Source: Zygnema circumcarinatum SAG 698-1b
Lineage: Eukaryota; Plantae; Zygnematophyceae
Direction of reading: 5' to 3'
NCBI GenBank assembly: GCA_037447605.1
Contig: CM074811.1
Location: 496,001-560,000 of the forward strand
DNA: 64,000 nt
Below are positions 24,501-36,260 of the stretch, one piece after another. How positions within the stretch are numbered: position 1 is the first letter of the stretch; the number at the start of each line of letters is the position of its first letter. The notes beneath the pieces are model-generated. The model was not told the origin of the DNA and searched no databases. It saw nothing but the letters and a program-made list of their open reading frames with translations. Both the position numbers and the translations under genes were made by a program.

Positions 24501-27500
24501 CTCAGCTGCGGCAGAGGTGGCTGGAAGGAACGCCTATTCCCCGACTCCCTCCTGAGGCCAACCCGGACATGCACACTTGCTTACTAAACCAACAGTTGCA
24601 ACTTGTTAACTGCTGCATAGCTAGAAGAAAGAGGAGGGAGAGTGCTCTTGCAGACCTTGAATTGGTTGAAAAACTTCCTCTGCCGACGAGCTATTACTCT
24701 TCAGCCATAGAGTCAAGCCAGGATTCATGCAAGCACGTAGAGGAGAATAGCAAGGAGGCTGCAAATAACAATCCTTTGTTGCAAATGGAAATGGAAACGG
24801 AGAATGGTGGTGGAGAGTCTCCCCCATTCCTTGTAACGAAGCTTGCAGATGGAAGTCTGGCCAAAAGACTGGGAGTCGCCAATCCTGTTCCAAGTTTGAA
24901 GCTGCTCGATACTGGGGAGCCTCTATGTGCTCCTTTATGTCAGGTCTGTGCGGGTGTTTGGGTGCTAAGCATGGCTCTTAAAAAAAAAAAAACCTTATTT
25001 TTGTCAATTTCATAGCCTTTTGATTGGGTAGGTAACTGACAGACCGTTTTGTGTTCTGTTCTTGCTGCCATGTTCCTTGATGAAGCCATGTGCTTTTCTG
25101 TGAGTCCTCACTGATGATAAGTTTTCTTTTGCCTTTTTGCGATGGTGTTATTGTCGTGCTCGGATTTTAGGACGGACCAGTCCTGACGGAAGACTTCGTT
25201 AGAGAGACCGAAGAGCTAATCATGCGAACAGGAAGGTAGGGCTTTGTAAGGAACTCTTTTACATGTTTTGAGCAATCGTATGAAGTCAGTTGTTGCTTTT
25301 GATTTTAGTGCTTGTATTCCACGTGCTTGAATAACAGAAAGCCAGTAGTCTGTATCTGATAGGTCATAGTGATTCCTTTGTACGTTGCTTCATACTGTAT
25401 AACCAATCTATAAGGATAACTCTGCAATATAAGAATTAGACTACATAATCTCGCAGTCCTTACATTCTAACACACGAGCCTTGGTGTTGTTGTACTGTTT
25501 CCACAGTGGAGGATCTCACTCTTACCTCTCCTCCTTTGTAATATGCTTGATACATGCAGTGTGGGCACGGGCTGTTCTCAGCTCTTCTCCGACATGCAAG
25601 CCTTTAAGGTGTGAAGAATATTCCAAGGCTTTGGGGTTTGCCCATACAGAAACAGCGACCCTTTCTTGGGGGCTGCCATGAGAGGCAGAGAGGGGAAGGG
25701 TATGAGAGGGCTTAAGCGGAGGGACGGGCAACGGAAGTCGAAGGGAGAGAATGTAGGATTATATCGATAGATATTGGGAGTAAACGTATGCTTGCTCACC
25801 TATACGTTGTTGAAATTAGCTGAAGAGGACCTTTCTACTATTTCTACATGGACGTACCCATCATCAAGGATTGCATGGTTCGACTGACTGTGAAGTAAAA
25901 CTGAAACTTAGCTGAGCTGAGATGAGATGAGCTAAACTGAACTGAAGTTCAAGTATCCTCTTTGACAGGCGGCGAATCCGGGGGCAATCATTGAAGATTT
26001 TGTTCGATGGTATTCGCCTCCCGATTGGGCAAGCGAACAGTATGACGCAGAGGGGACTCCTGCTTCAAACTCAGCCTCTGTGGAAGAGCAAGAAGGGAAT
26101 GCTCAGGCTGACAGTTGCAGTCAAGTCTCACCCAACAGTAACGGAGCTGAAGGTTTGACAATGAAGACTGCCCGAGGGTTCCTTAGCACCCGCATGCAGG
26201 CGGAAGGTGAGCCAAGAAAACTTAAATACTTGAAAAACTCGAAGAGTTCTTCAATGCCTATTATTGCCCTTGAATTCTCAGCTGATTATTTGACACTCTT
26301 CTAAGTATGAAGCTGTATTATTGCTGTAAGTACTGATAATGGGCGAGGCGACTTGGGTGGCAGGAAACCTTTGGAAGGAGCTCTGGCAATCAGCAAAGGC
26401 TGTGCCAGCAGCAAGACAAGCACCTCTCTTCGATGAGGAGTTGTTGGGGTGAGTGAAACTCTGCTTTCCTGTTATGAAACAGATATGAAATTTTCTGTGG
26501 AAAAAAATTGTAAGAAAAAAAAAAAAAAAAAAAATTGTAAACTTGTAAAATTGTTTCTTTTTTTTTTGAAAATTGTGATGTATAACCCTTACAGACTATC
26601 GGTTTACTCTCCCTCCATCCCGCAATCACTCTCTCGTGTTTTTGGAATTGAACGCAGTGAGAGCACACTTGATGCTTTGGAAAACATTGCGCCATCTGAT
26701 CTCTTTGAGCAGCTGTTTATCGCCGCTGTAAGTAATAATGCCCTTCACTCTGAGGCTTGTCTGATTGCTTTTCTGATTTCTTGGAACAGCTGAAGAAACG
26801 TGCTGCTTCTGTAGGCTTGAAAAATTTGCCTGTTGGGTCATCTTGTCCAGTTGGGAGCAGGATTTGCCATAGCCATCTCGGCCCCACAGGCTAAGCATGA
26901 GCCCTTCGCAACCTGCCTTGAGGAATGCAGCTCATATGTTACTTCCACTTGTACTCGCGGAATGAGTGCAGCAAAGCTTGAGCGTTTGTGCCAGGTAAGT
27001 GTATAAAATGTAGTATGATCAAATTGAAGCGGAACAGAAGTTAACAGAAAGGAAGGTTCAAAACATAAGAAGAACTAGTCAGAGCGTTGGGTATCCTGCG
27101 TACAGTTCGTCTGTACCCTTATCTACTCGTTGAGAATGCAGCCTGGGTATCTCAGATACTTAAGGAGGTTGGCATCGTGCGCAGACCTCCCTTTCCTGCT
27201 CTCGCCCCCCCTCTCTCCCTCCATTCTCCCTCTCTTTCAACCTTTCCCTCCCCCTTTTTGTTCTCGACTGTCGTCAGCCATAGTCGATTAACGAATACTT
27301 CCTCCTTCAAACCCGAAGGACAGAAAAAATTCTTACATGGTTGATGTGGGGCGCTCCTATGTAGGTATATGAAGTGATGGAGACAGCCGTACACACTCCC
27401 CCTGAAGGTCAGAACAGCTCTCCAAACTTATGGAACTCGCTTGCTTTCGTACGCCACGAAGGTAACAGCAGGTCTTCTAGTGGGAGGTTTGAGGGCTTCC

Positions 27501-27781
27501 AGCTTCCACGGATAGGCTTTGGGATTAGCAGACTTTCAGAATCTGATGGAAAGGAAATTCCCGAAGGAGATTCTGAGGAGCAGCCAACCCGGCAAGCAGA
27601 AAATGCTTTGAAGAAGACCAAGGGAAATGAGGAGACTGAGAGTTCAAGTAATGGGGACTCTGATAAAAGGATTGATATTCTGAGGCTCCTGAATATAAGG
27701 GGGGCAGGGAGAAGCGCGCGCGGGAGTGAAGCGGATAAACCGCGTATGGCGGAGCATGAAGGGGAGTGGATGCTTCTATGA
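21556..27781 (+). CDS. RAB3GAP1: Rab3 GTPase-activating protein catalytic subunit-like protein with an N-proximal BSD domain, about 15 exons
   Basis: Exons encode MEIVSKAKSAFQAVSAKAERV (21556-21583, 21701-), DIHGAPPDSFV..LAE..MAIFWQEVVKELRQRW, PDMHTCLLNQQLQLVNCCIARR, PVLTED, GCSQLFSDMQAFKAANPGAIIEDFVRWYSPPDW, LSTRMQAEGNLWKELW and PLFDEE. A BSD-like LRAELVPKKVKEHDFWRRYF starts in the exon at 22714. Confidence 0.9.
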
Positions 27782-28012
27782 GGTGGAGAAGGTTGGCGGG
27801 AGGGAGTGAGGGAGACAGAGAGGGGGAGAGAGGGCGAGAGAGAGAAATAGTCTGCTGGTGTGCGGTGTATAGTCATGAACTGGACTTTGGGGTTTCTGGG
27901 GGGTAGGGTAATAGGGTTCTAGGTGTGTAAGGTCCGAGTACTGTGGGGTGCCCCCCCCCAGACAGCCAACAAAGAGGTTGTCTTTTATTTCTGCAAGATT
28001 CAATGTACAGAC

Positions 28013-28043
<31 letters not shown>

Positions 28044-29346
28044 ACGTATGAGGGCAGTAGTAGGCCGTCCATACTAGTCGTGTTAGCTTTCTAAGAGTGA
28101 CTGATTCTTGTGTGATCTCTCCGGAGATTCGCTTTATGTCAGATCATGTAATAGAGGAGCTTTCGCTAATGAAAGGCCTCAAAACCCTAAAACCTGAATG
28201 TCAAACTCCCCTCAAAACCCTAAAACCGCCAGAGCATACCTTGAACTCGTTCATCCCCTTTTCTCTGAATCCGCCACGCGTTGTCACCATGTGACCCGAC
28301 AGATGCACATCTCAGTAGAACCTCTCTGTGAGGTCAATGCCACATTCTCGCTTCCCTGCTCTATTTCGACCATCGATCTCAATCTCCATCCCCTATAGAC
28401 TAAGTCCTCAGTAGTCACCAAATCTCTAACCAAATCCCAATAGGAGCCCCAACGCGAAAAAAAACCGAAACGCGGAACGCGATAATGCTACTGACCGCCT
28501 TCCCACAACCCTCAGACATGTGTTACAACGGGCGATGACATTAACAGGGAATAAAATGACGTTCTAAGCAAAAACTTGGAACCTTTGACCATAGACAGCC
28601 CTTGAACACCCCTCCTGCGCGCCTTGCTCCAGTTGAAATGAGAATAGCGTGTAGAGAACACTCATTTGTATGACCATATAAGGAGGGCTTTCAAGTCCGG
28701 CGATCTCGGCTTTAGAACTATACGCGGAGATGCGATTTTTATGTTTCCTTCCAGGGTTGCTCAAATGATCGTTGGAACTGTCATGTCAGAGACGGGGTAG
28801 GGAGGGGGGAGGGGGAGGGGAAAGGGTGGGGTGGGGGGAGAGGGAGGGAGGAGAGAGAGGGGGAAGTGGGAGAGGGGAAGGGGGGAGAAGGGAGAGGCGA
28901 GAGGGGAAGGGGGGAAAAAAAGCGGGGGGGGGGGGTTGGGGGTTGGAGGGGGGGACGGGGGAGGGGGGAAGGGGGAAGGTGTGGAGGAGGCAGAGGGAGC
29001 ACAGAGGGCAAACAGCAGATGCAGACGGGGAGGGGTGGGAGGGGAGGGATGGGAACGAGGGGAGGGATGGGGGGAAGAGGAGCGAAGAAAGAGGGAGGGG
29101 AGAGTTGGGAATGACGGAAAATGGTAAAGAGGGAGGGAGAGAGACTAGGGAGTGGGAGGGAGAGGGAGAGGGAGAGAGTGCGAGAGAGAGCGGGAGACAA
29201 GCACTAAAGAAGAAGTGTTCTTTAAGTCGAATCACAAAATCATTTGCCCATTCACAGGGCTCCAGTCCCCGTCCTTCTCCTAAACGTCTGCGACAGCTAT
29301 TCTACAAAACCCTGCTAGGAAGCCTTAAGCCGTTCTCCCTCTCCCT

Positions 29347-32300
29347 CTACCTCCATTTTCTCTCCAGCTCCCTCCTCTCCGCCAGCACCCACGTCACCAG
29401 GATGGCCCCCAGCAGGGCGGCTATGGTAACCAGCAGCAGCACGTAGCTGAAGTCCTCTGAAAGCGTGTCGTAGGTCCGCGAGGGAGCTGTCCGCAAGTAG
29501 AAGAGGTCGATCCCGTGAGCGAACACGAGGGTGGTGGACTCCAAACGGGAGGGCTCCGAGAGGACTCCCCTCAGGCCCTCCACCTGCAGCCCGTGGGTCA
29601 AGTAGGCCTGCAGGGAGGGAGAGAGAGGAGAGGGGAAATGCATAGTCAGCACTCAAAGCACTGAGGGAGTGGAGGAAAGCATAACTGAGGGCAATGGGTG
29701 CAAGAGAGTCGAGGGGAGGGGGAAAAGGGAGGGGATGAGTGCGGGTCTGAGATAGATAGAGAGAGAGAGAGAGAGTGAGACAGAGAAGAACCCAAATGCG
29801 ACATACCTGCGGAGTGATGGGAAGTGTGTCGGAATATGGCAGAAGACCCTCTTCCCTATCTTGCTGTGTTGGAGTTATGGACCTCCGAGGGTCCAGAAAA
29901 CGTTTATCCATTGCTAAGACCTGCAATAGATAGGCTTTCATTACTATTCGAGTGCAACAACGGCAATTTAAGGCCCAATCAGTCATGCAATTCTAAATCG
30001 CCAAGAAAGGAGAGTACTTTTGCTCACTCCTAAACCTGTTCTCCCTCCCCCTCTCTTTCTCTCCCTCTCTCAGGTCTCCTTCACTCCCCATTTTTCATCC
30101 TGCTCCTGTCATCCCCCATCCGTCCCCCCCTTTGATTTTCCTCACCTGGTCCGCTACAGTGCCCAGCAGGAGCTGCCTGTTGGTGATTCCTCTGCTTGTA
30201 GAAGTCACTGTCATTGTTTTTAAAGAGTGAGAGAAGAAGTAACTTTGGCTCTGAACCCTAACCGAGGGAACGGCCCACGAGGAGAGGGGTGCGGTCAGGT
30301 TTCCTCCTCCAAAGCCAAGTGCGTATTTTGCTATCTCTCCGGCGGAGCCCTGTTATCGAGGAGGATTTGGCAGGGGGAGAGAAAGAAGGAGAGAGGGGGG
30401 GGGGAGAGAACGGGGGAGTGAACAAGGTCAGATTAATTGGCCATTCTGAAAGGATTCTTGCATAACGACACAATGTTTCTCTTCTCTTGTTGCTAGATGA
30501 TTCAAAAGTTTGAGGGTGCAACGGATGGAGTGGAAAGTTTGGAGAGCTAGTTTTTTCAAGCGCTAAGTTCATGACACACGTTTGCTTATCCGGAAAACCT
30601 TCAACAAGTACGATCTCACGAAATCTTACTATTGGAATGTGTTATTCATTTCTTTTTCACTTGAATTTCCTAACAGAAGGGAGTTCCCATACCCGATCTG
30701 AATCATCGTAGAGCTCCACCACCGACATCTCATACCGATGGTTTCGCAGATTGAAGTAATGATAGACTATCCAGTTCTCAGCCATAGCCTGGACCCCCCA
30801 GGACAACTGTACATCACTTCCTTGCTCTCTCTATTCTTCCACACCCAAATATATTCGATATGAAAACGAAAAGTTTTAGAAAGGTAATGGGAAAGAAGAG
30901 GGGGAGAGAGGTATGTAGAATGAGGGGAAAGGAAGCTGCCTGCCCTCCAAACATCTGCAATTTCTTAGAATTCCCTTTCCCTTTCCCGTTCCCATTCCCG
31001 TTCCCGTTCCCTCCCTTTGTTCCCATTCCCTTTGGTAGTTCCTATTCATGCTATGTTTGCATATGAGTGATTACCGCATGTACAGGGCCTTGCATATTGT
31101 TATGAACAATTCGATGAAGTACTCGTCCCGTCACGGTGTCGAGAATGTAAGCGACCATCCATGACTCTTCCGGAGTGATGGGTCCGAGAGCAGCTGCTTT
31201 TGGGGGAGCTACAGTTGCTACAAAAAGCAGGTTCTTGTTGATGTATTTGTACTGCACTGACCTGTTTCCAAGGGCTCGAGTCTGCGTGTGCACACTCTGT
31301 ATGAAAAAACACGACAAGGCAGAGTAAGAAGAGAGATGGTAAGAAGGGAAAAAATGATTAGAGGAAAATGAGGGAAGTAGACGGAAGGAGAGGAAAAGGT
31401 GGGGAAGGGATCGGAAGATTATAAACAGGCTCAATATTCGTAAAGGCATGAGTGTGAGCGAATGTAATTATCAAATTCGAACTGAAAATAAATGAAGGGA
31501 AAAAAGTACTACCTCATCTGCTCTCCTCGCCACAGCTGTTGCAATTCTTTCCATGTCTGCCGGAAAAATCACCTTCCACAGCTCTATACTGCCAAATTGT
31601 AGTCCTTCCGGCTCCTTCTCTTGCCTCTCCTTTACCTTTTCTCCCACCCCATATCCTCGAATCTCTCCCTCCTCATTCACGACATAGAAAAACACAGTCG
31701 ATGCATGGCGAGTGAACAGAAAGTTCGCTTCCTCAGTCATCGGAAGAACATGAATTTTGGGAGTTTTCTCGTCACTGACAAGCATCAACAGTCTTTTCCC
31801 ATTGCTGTCAATCAGTGGCAGCTGAATGGAGAGAGATATCGGGAAGGTAAAATCTACTGACTGCACCTGTTCTCCAGTGTGTCCGTTCACATACACAATC
31901 ATACTGCCACCTTCTTTTGTGGGTCCCTTTCTTCCTAAGACTATGATTTCGGGAGCTTGATTTTTCAATACACGATGGGTATCTTGGGAAACCATAAGCT
32001 TTAAGGGAACAGGTTTCTCCAACACTGAGGCATATGAGCCGAAAGGAGCCCGGAAAGACTGAATTAGGGTTGACCACATGATTCTTCCATCCCCTGTATG
32101 TAAAGCGAGTAGCTTTCCTGGTCGAGTTAAGAGAATGATGAGCCTTCGGAATCCGTTATGGTCTCGAAAAGGGGCATTTTTTGCTGAATTACTTATTCTC
32201 ATTTTCTGAACCAGCTCTCTCTCCTCCGGTGTAGCCATCATCACTGTCGTTTTCGCTCTCAGCCAATGGTCCTGCAATAGGATAAGGATAAGGATAGGAT

Positions 32301-34875
32301 TAAGGATTTCCACTTAACATGCTTCGCATTTTGGAGACTTCAACGACATTGTTGGTTCAAACACGATATCAAGATTACGGCATTGTTCACTTTAAAGGAG
32401 ACAGTAAAAATGAGAACCAATGGAAGAACACCCAAATGACCATACGAAAGAATGAATTCTCACCTTGAACCAGTCTTGTAGAGTGTGCTCTATCACGTGC
32501 TCTCCCTTTCCTTTTGCTGCTGATGGGAGGTCCACTATCTTCACATCCACGACTGAGGCCAAAGCTTCCTCCCTCTCCCACACAACTCTTCCCTGCCATA
32601 TTGTAAGGTCCAAGAGGAACATTGAGTAAGGGCCATATTCACACCACCTTAGGGGGCATGCAGAGGAGTGGGATAAAAAAAAACGTCCTCTATAATGAGA
32701 TGGATCGAAAAAGCACTTCACCTGTTGTAGAAGAGATAACGAGTCATCTTCTGCGACAACAAGCAGGCGGTATCCAAAAGAATCTTTCTTTTCTCGTCTA
32801 TAGGAATTGATGAATACGACTTCCACATTTCCCCTCCCTGCCTTCAGAGTCACTTTCTCTTCACTGCCCTCCTCGACCTCCCCTTGCGCTGTAATTGCCT
32901 GCAAATTACATTCAAAACCGCCATGACAACCACAGAAAGGAAAGACCAAAGCAAGAAGGCAGACAGAAGGAGGCGAGAAAGGGAGGGAGGAAAGGGAGAG
33001 AGTGTGTGAGGAGAGGGGGAGAGAGCAGGACTGTACCTTCACGACGATCTCACGCCCTTCCTCTTCTCCGGTATGGTGTACCACCCCAATAGCAGATCTT
33101 CCATCTTCAAGCTTCAGCATGTCACTTAAAGCAGCTGGTTGCCTAACTTCCATTATAGCTTTCAGCTTGCCTCCCTCCCCCACTTCTACCACGATAAAAG
33201 AACCACGAGCTCCTAGTCCAAATGCTCCATCAAGCTTAGCTGGTAGCAGGACTGCCCCTGAAGACTCTCCTACCTTAACGAGCTCTCCCACACTGCTTTC
33301 CACAAGGGTTAAAGGTTGTCTGTTAATTTCCGCAGTGAAGATTTTACTCCCTTCATAGTCAAGCACGACTAAGAAGTTTCCTGTGAGTATGAGTCTGGAA
33401 GCTGAGAGAGTCACAGGAGCTAAAGCATTGGTCAACTGCTCTGCCTCGCCAGTTTCAATATTTATACGTGTGATAGCAATGCCAAGCGCACTTAAGCCCG
33501 TCGGATTTGTGAAACTGACAGCATAAATTGCGTCTTTTGTGACATGAAGTCTGCACAAATCACCCCACACGAGAGTGAGCTTAATCAAACACATGAAGAT
33601 TTCCCTACAGAGCATTTAGGAGTGGAATGTACAGAGATCCGGCTTCGAAATGTGAATAGAAGTTGGAGTTGAAACAAAGCAGCCTGCATATTCAGGGACT
33701 CACTTGGTTGCAGATACCCTTGTCTGCCATTTTAGTTCTCCAGTAGCTCCCGAAAGTCGATAGACTCCTCCTCCCGATAGGACCACTATATCTCTTAGAG
33801 ACCCACCTTCTGCATCTGTCTGCTGCCTCCTTCCAAAAGCCCCCCAAAAGCAGCAACGTCTCCATTATTCACTGACATCCTCTCGCAGGTTCTATATATC
33901 CGTAGTTCTAAGTTTCCAGCATTCTAAGCTTTCTAAAATTTTGGGGATTTTTAGGATGTAGGAATTTTTAGAAATTTTAAGGTTCCACTCACTGGTATTG
34001 TATGAAAGTCAACTGCGGCATCGACTGTCAAGTCCTTGAAAGGAAGGATAGTTGCATCCCATTGCAAAACTCCATCCATGGCGCTCCATGCTCGCAGCAG
34101 CTTCCCTCCTCCAGATAAAGTCACCACATCTGAACCCCTCTCTCTCTCTTGATAACGTAAGGTTTTGGAGAGAATACAAATCGTTCATATGCCAACAAAT
34201 TTCATGAGTTCCAAGTGGAGTTTCTTTTCTCTGGAGGGAGGATTCTGTGTAGAGAAAACAAAAGAAGGAAAACGCAGGATGTTTTGTTCTCACATTTGCT
34301 GTACACTTGCAGCCCCTCGATTGGCTCATTCTCTCCCAACACACGCCTCCATGCTGGAAGCCCACAAGGAAGTCGAAGATAAGAAAAAATTGAGTTTACG
34401 AACTGTTCGTGTTGCAGCCAAAAAACAGGGATTGATCAAAGGCATTGTATTCAGTATAAGTATCGTCTTGCTCTTCTTACCAATTTGGCCTGTCTTCAGG
34501 TTAAGAGCAGCCAATACATTCTGCTCCGTAGCCACATAGACCCGTTTCCGTTGGCCCTGGGTTTGGAACTCAGCCAACTTTACCCTTCCAATGTACTTCT
34601 GATGCCTGCATAAGGATGACGTAAAGAAAATCTTTCAGTCGTTGCCCACATTCTGAAAGAATCGTTCCAATCCTTGAGGCATCTCATGCGCTTCAAAAGA
34701 ATTTGCGGCTTATTCTGCAACTTTTTCATGGGATGCGAGTATCAGGAAAGTGATAGGTTTCAGCTTACCAGTCGTACATACCGACTTGATCTTCGAATAG
34801 TCCATGGATTCCCTGAATAGCCAGTAGCACTATGATGCTGGCTATGCTAATGACGGAACGGGATTTAGCAGCCAT
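29347..34875 (-). CDS. EMC1: ER membrane protein complex subunit 1 (PQQ-like propeller + DUF1620 + C-terminal TM), multi-exon
   Basis: First exon MAAKSRSVISIASIIVLLAIQGIHGLFEDQVGMYDW, then HQKYIGRVK..KRVYVATEQNVLAALNLKTGQI, WEREEALASVVDV, RDHNGFRRLIILLTRPGKL, LGNRSVQYKYINKNL, DKRFLDPRR and SRLESTTLVFAHGIDLFY..PSRTYDTL. It ends with a TM segment and ..ELERKWR*. Confidence 0.95.
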
Positions 34876-35431
34876 GGATGCTCCTTTATGACCAGCGTTT
34901 CCAGCCTAAAATCGGTCCTAATTTCTCGTCACAATCGCTGATATTGTATTGCGCCTGATACCCTCGTCGCCCCAAGTAGACCTGAAAACAAGAGTCTGCA
35001 ACACGGAAAACTCGAAGATCATCCATAATTACTCCAAATATTTGGTTCTTAAAAGGACAGTCACTCAACGGCTGATGAGTGCTAAAGAAAGGAATAGAGG
35101 GGGACAAACTCACCGCTAAGTCTATGTTTGATGTGCTCCTTCAAAAGTTCCTGATACATGACCAGAAGCTCTCACGATGTCAGGTGAAAATAGAATGCAT
35201 TGCTTTAATGCCTCACAAACATGCAGATGGGTACAATGCTCATGAGACCAATGATGAAGTGTTCAAATAAAGAGTCAAAGACGCACTCAGCTGGGTCATT
35301 CGTCACAGGGTTTAGAGATATGAGTGAAATTAGGATGAGAATTCACACTGGATTAATAACAGAACCATTCAGACATTCCTCATGCATGCACACCGTGCTT
35401 TCCTTCTCAAAGTCTTCAGCTATAGGCGCAC

Positions 35432-36260
35432 CTACGTCTGCTTCCCAAAGGATGTTGGAGTTGGCGCCTTTTTCGTGCGGAACATCATATAGCCAAGAGG
35501 TAATACCACTCCCACCATCATAATTATGGCTCCAATAATGTACCGGGTCGGACCCGGGGGCTCCACTTCCAACAGGTGGCGAGCCTGCTCAGACCCAACA
35601 CCTTTCCTGAGAAACAGATTCTCAAAAGGAGACGAGCTCCTTCAGTTTATTAATCGTTGTTCGACTTATATCATGAATGTCATACACGTTCACATACGCT
35701 GTACATAGGCGACATTATTACATAAATTTATTTTATGCGTCTCTATCTATTCGGTTCTAAGCTCTGAAACGTCATTTGCCGATCACCACACTTCCCACCT
35801 GAAATAGTTCAGCTATGGATGGGCATGTTTGACTAAAGAGTCTAAAGTTTGACAGAATTTTATATTTTCTACATAAAAGTTGTTCAAGGCGACATACTCT
35901 GTCTCCTAATATGTCATGAAATAGAGCTGGTTCCCTGTATGTCAATTTTTTCATCTTCAACATCTCGGAGACATTTAGCTCACTAGTCATTGCTCGCACA
36001 GAACTGAATGCTGAATCAGACTCGTTTATCAGGTACTCAAAATTGGACGTCCAAAGCGTATTTAGAATAATAGTAGCCACAGTAATAACAAGATCTTTCT
36101 GGACATTAAGTAACACTATTCCAGATCTCAATTTAAAAAGAAGCACGGCATCCTGCACCTTGCTTCGCCTATCACACCTTCTCAGACCGACGAGTGGGCG
36201 CATGTTGCACAGAGGGAGGGAAAGTGAGAGAGTGAGGGCGAGGAGGCCGAGAGATCTCAT
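35432..36260 (-). CDS. Small (85 aa) predicted single-pass membrane protein with signal peptide; 2 exons: 36260-36178 and 35606-35432
   Basis: Spliced: [85 protein letters not shown]. The phase-2 junction AG|GTGTGA ... TTTCTCAG|G matches. It has a hydrophobic N-terminus and a 20-aa TM followed by basic residues. The start codon is not certain. Confidence 0.7.

Noticed and set aside
35772-36177. Remainder of the 164-aa ORF 35772-36266
   Set aside because: Only its first 27 codons fit the small-protein model. The rest lies after a GT donor and appears to be intron read-through.
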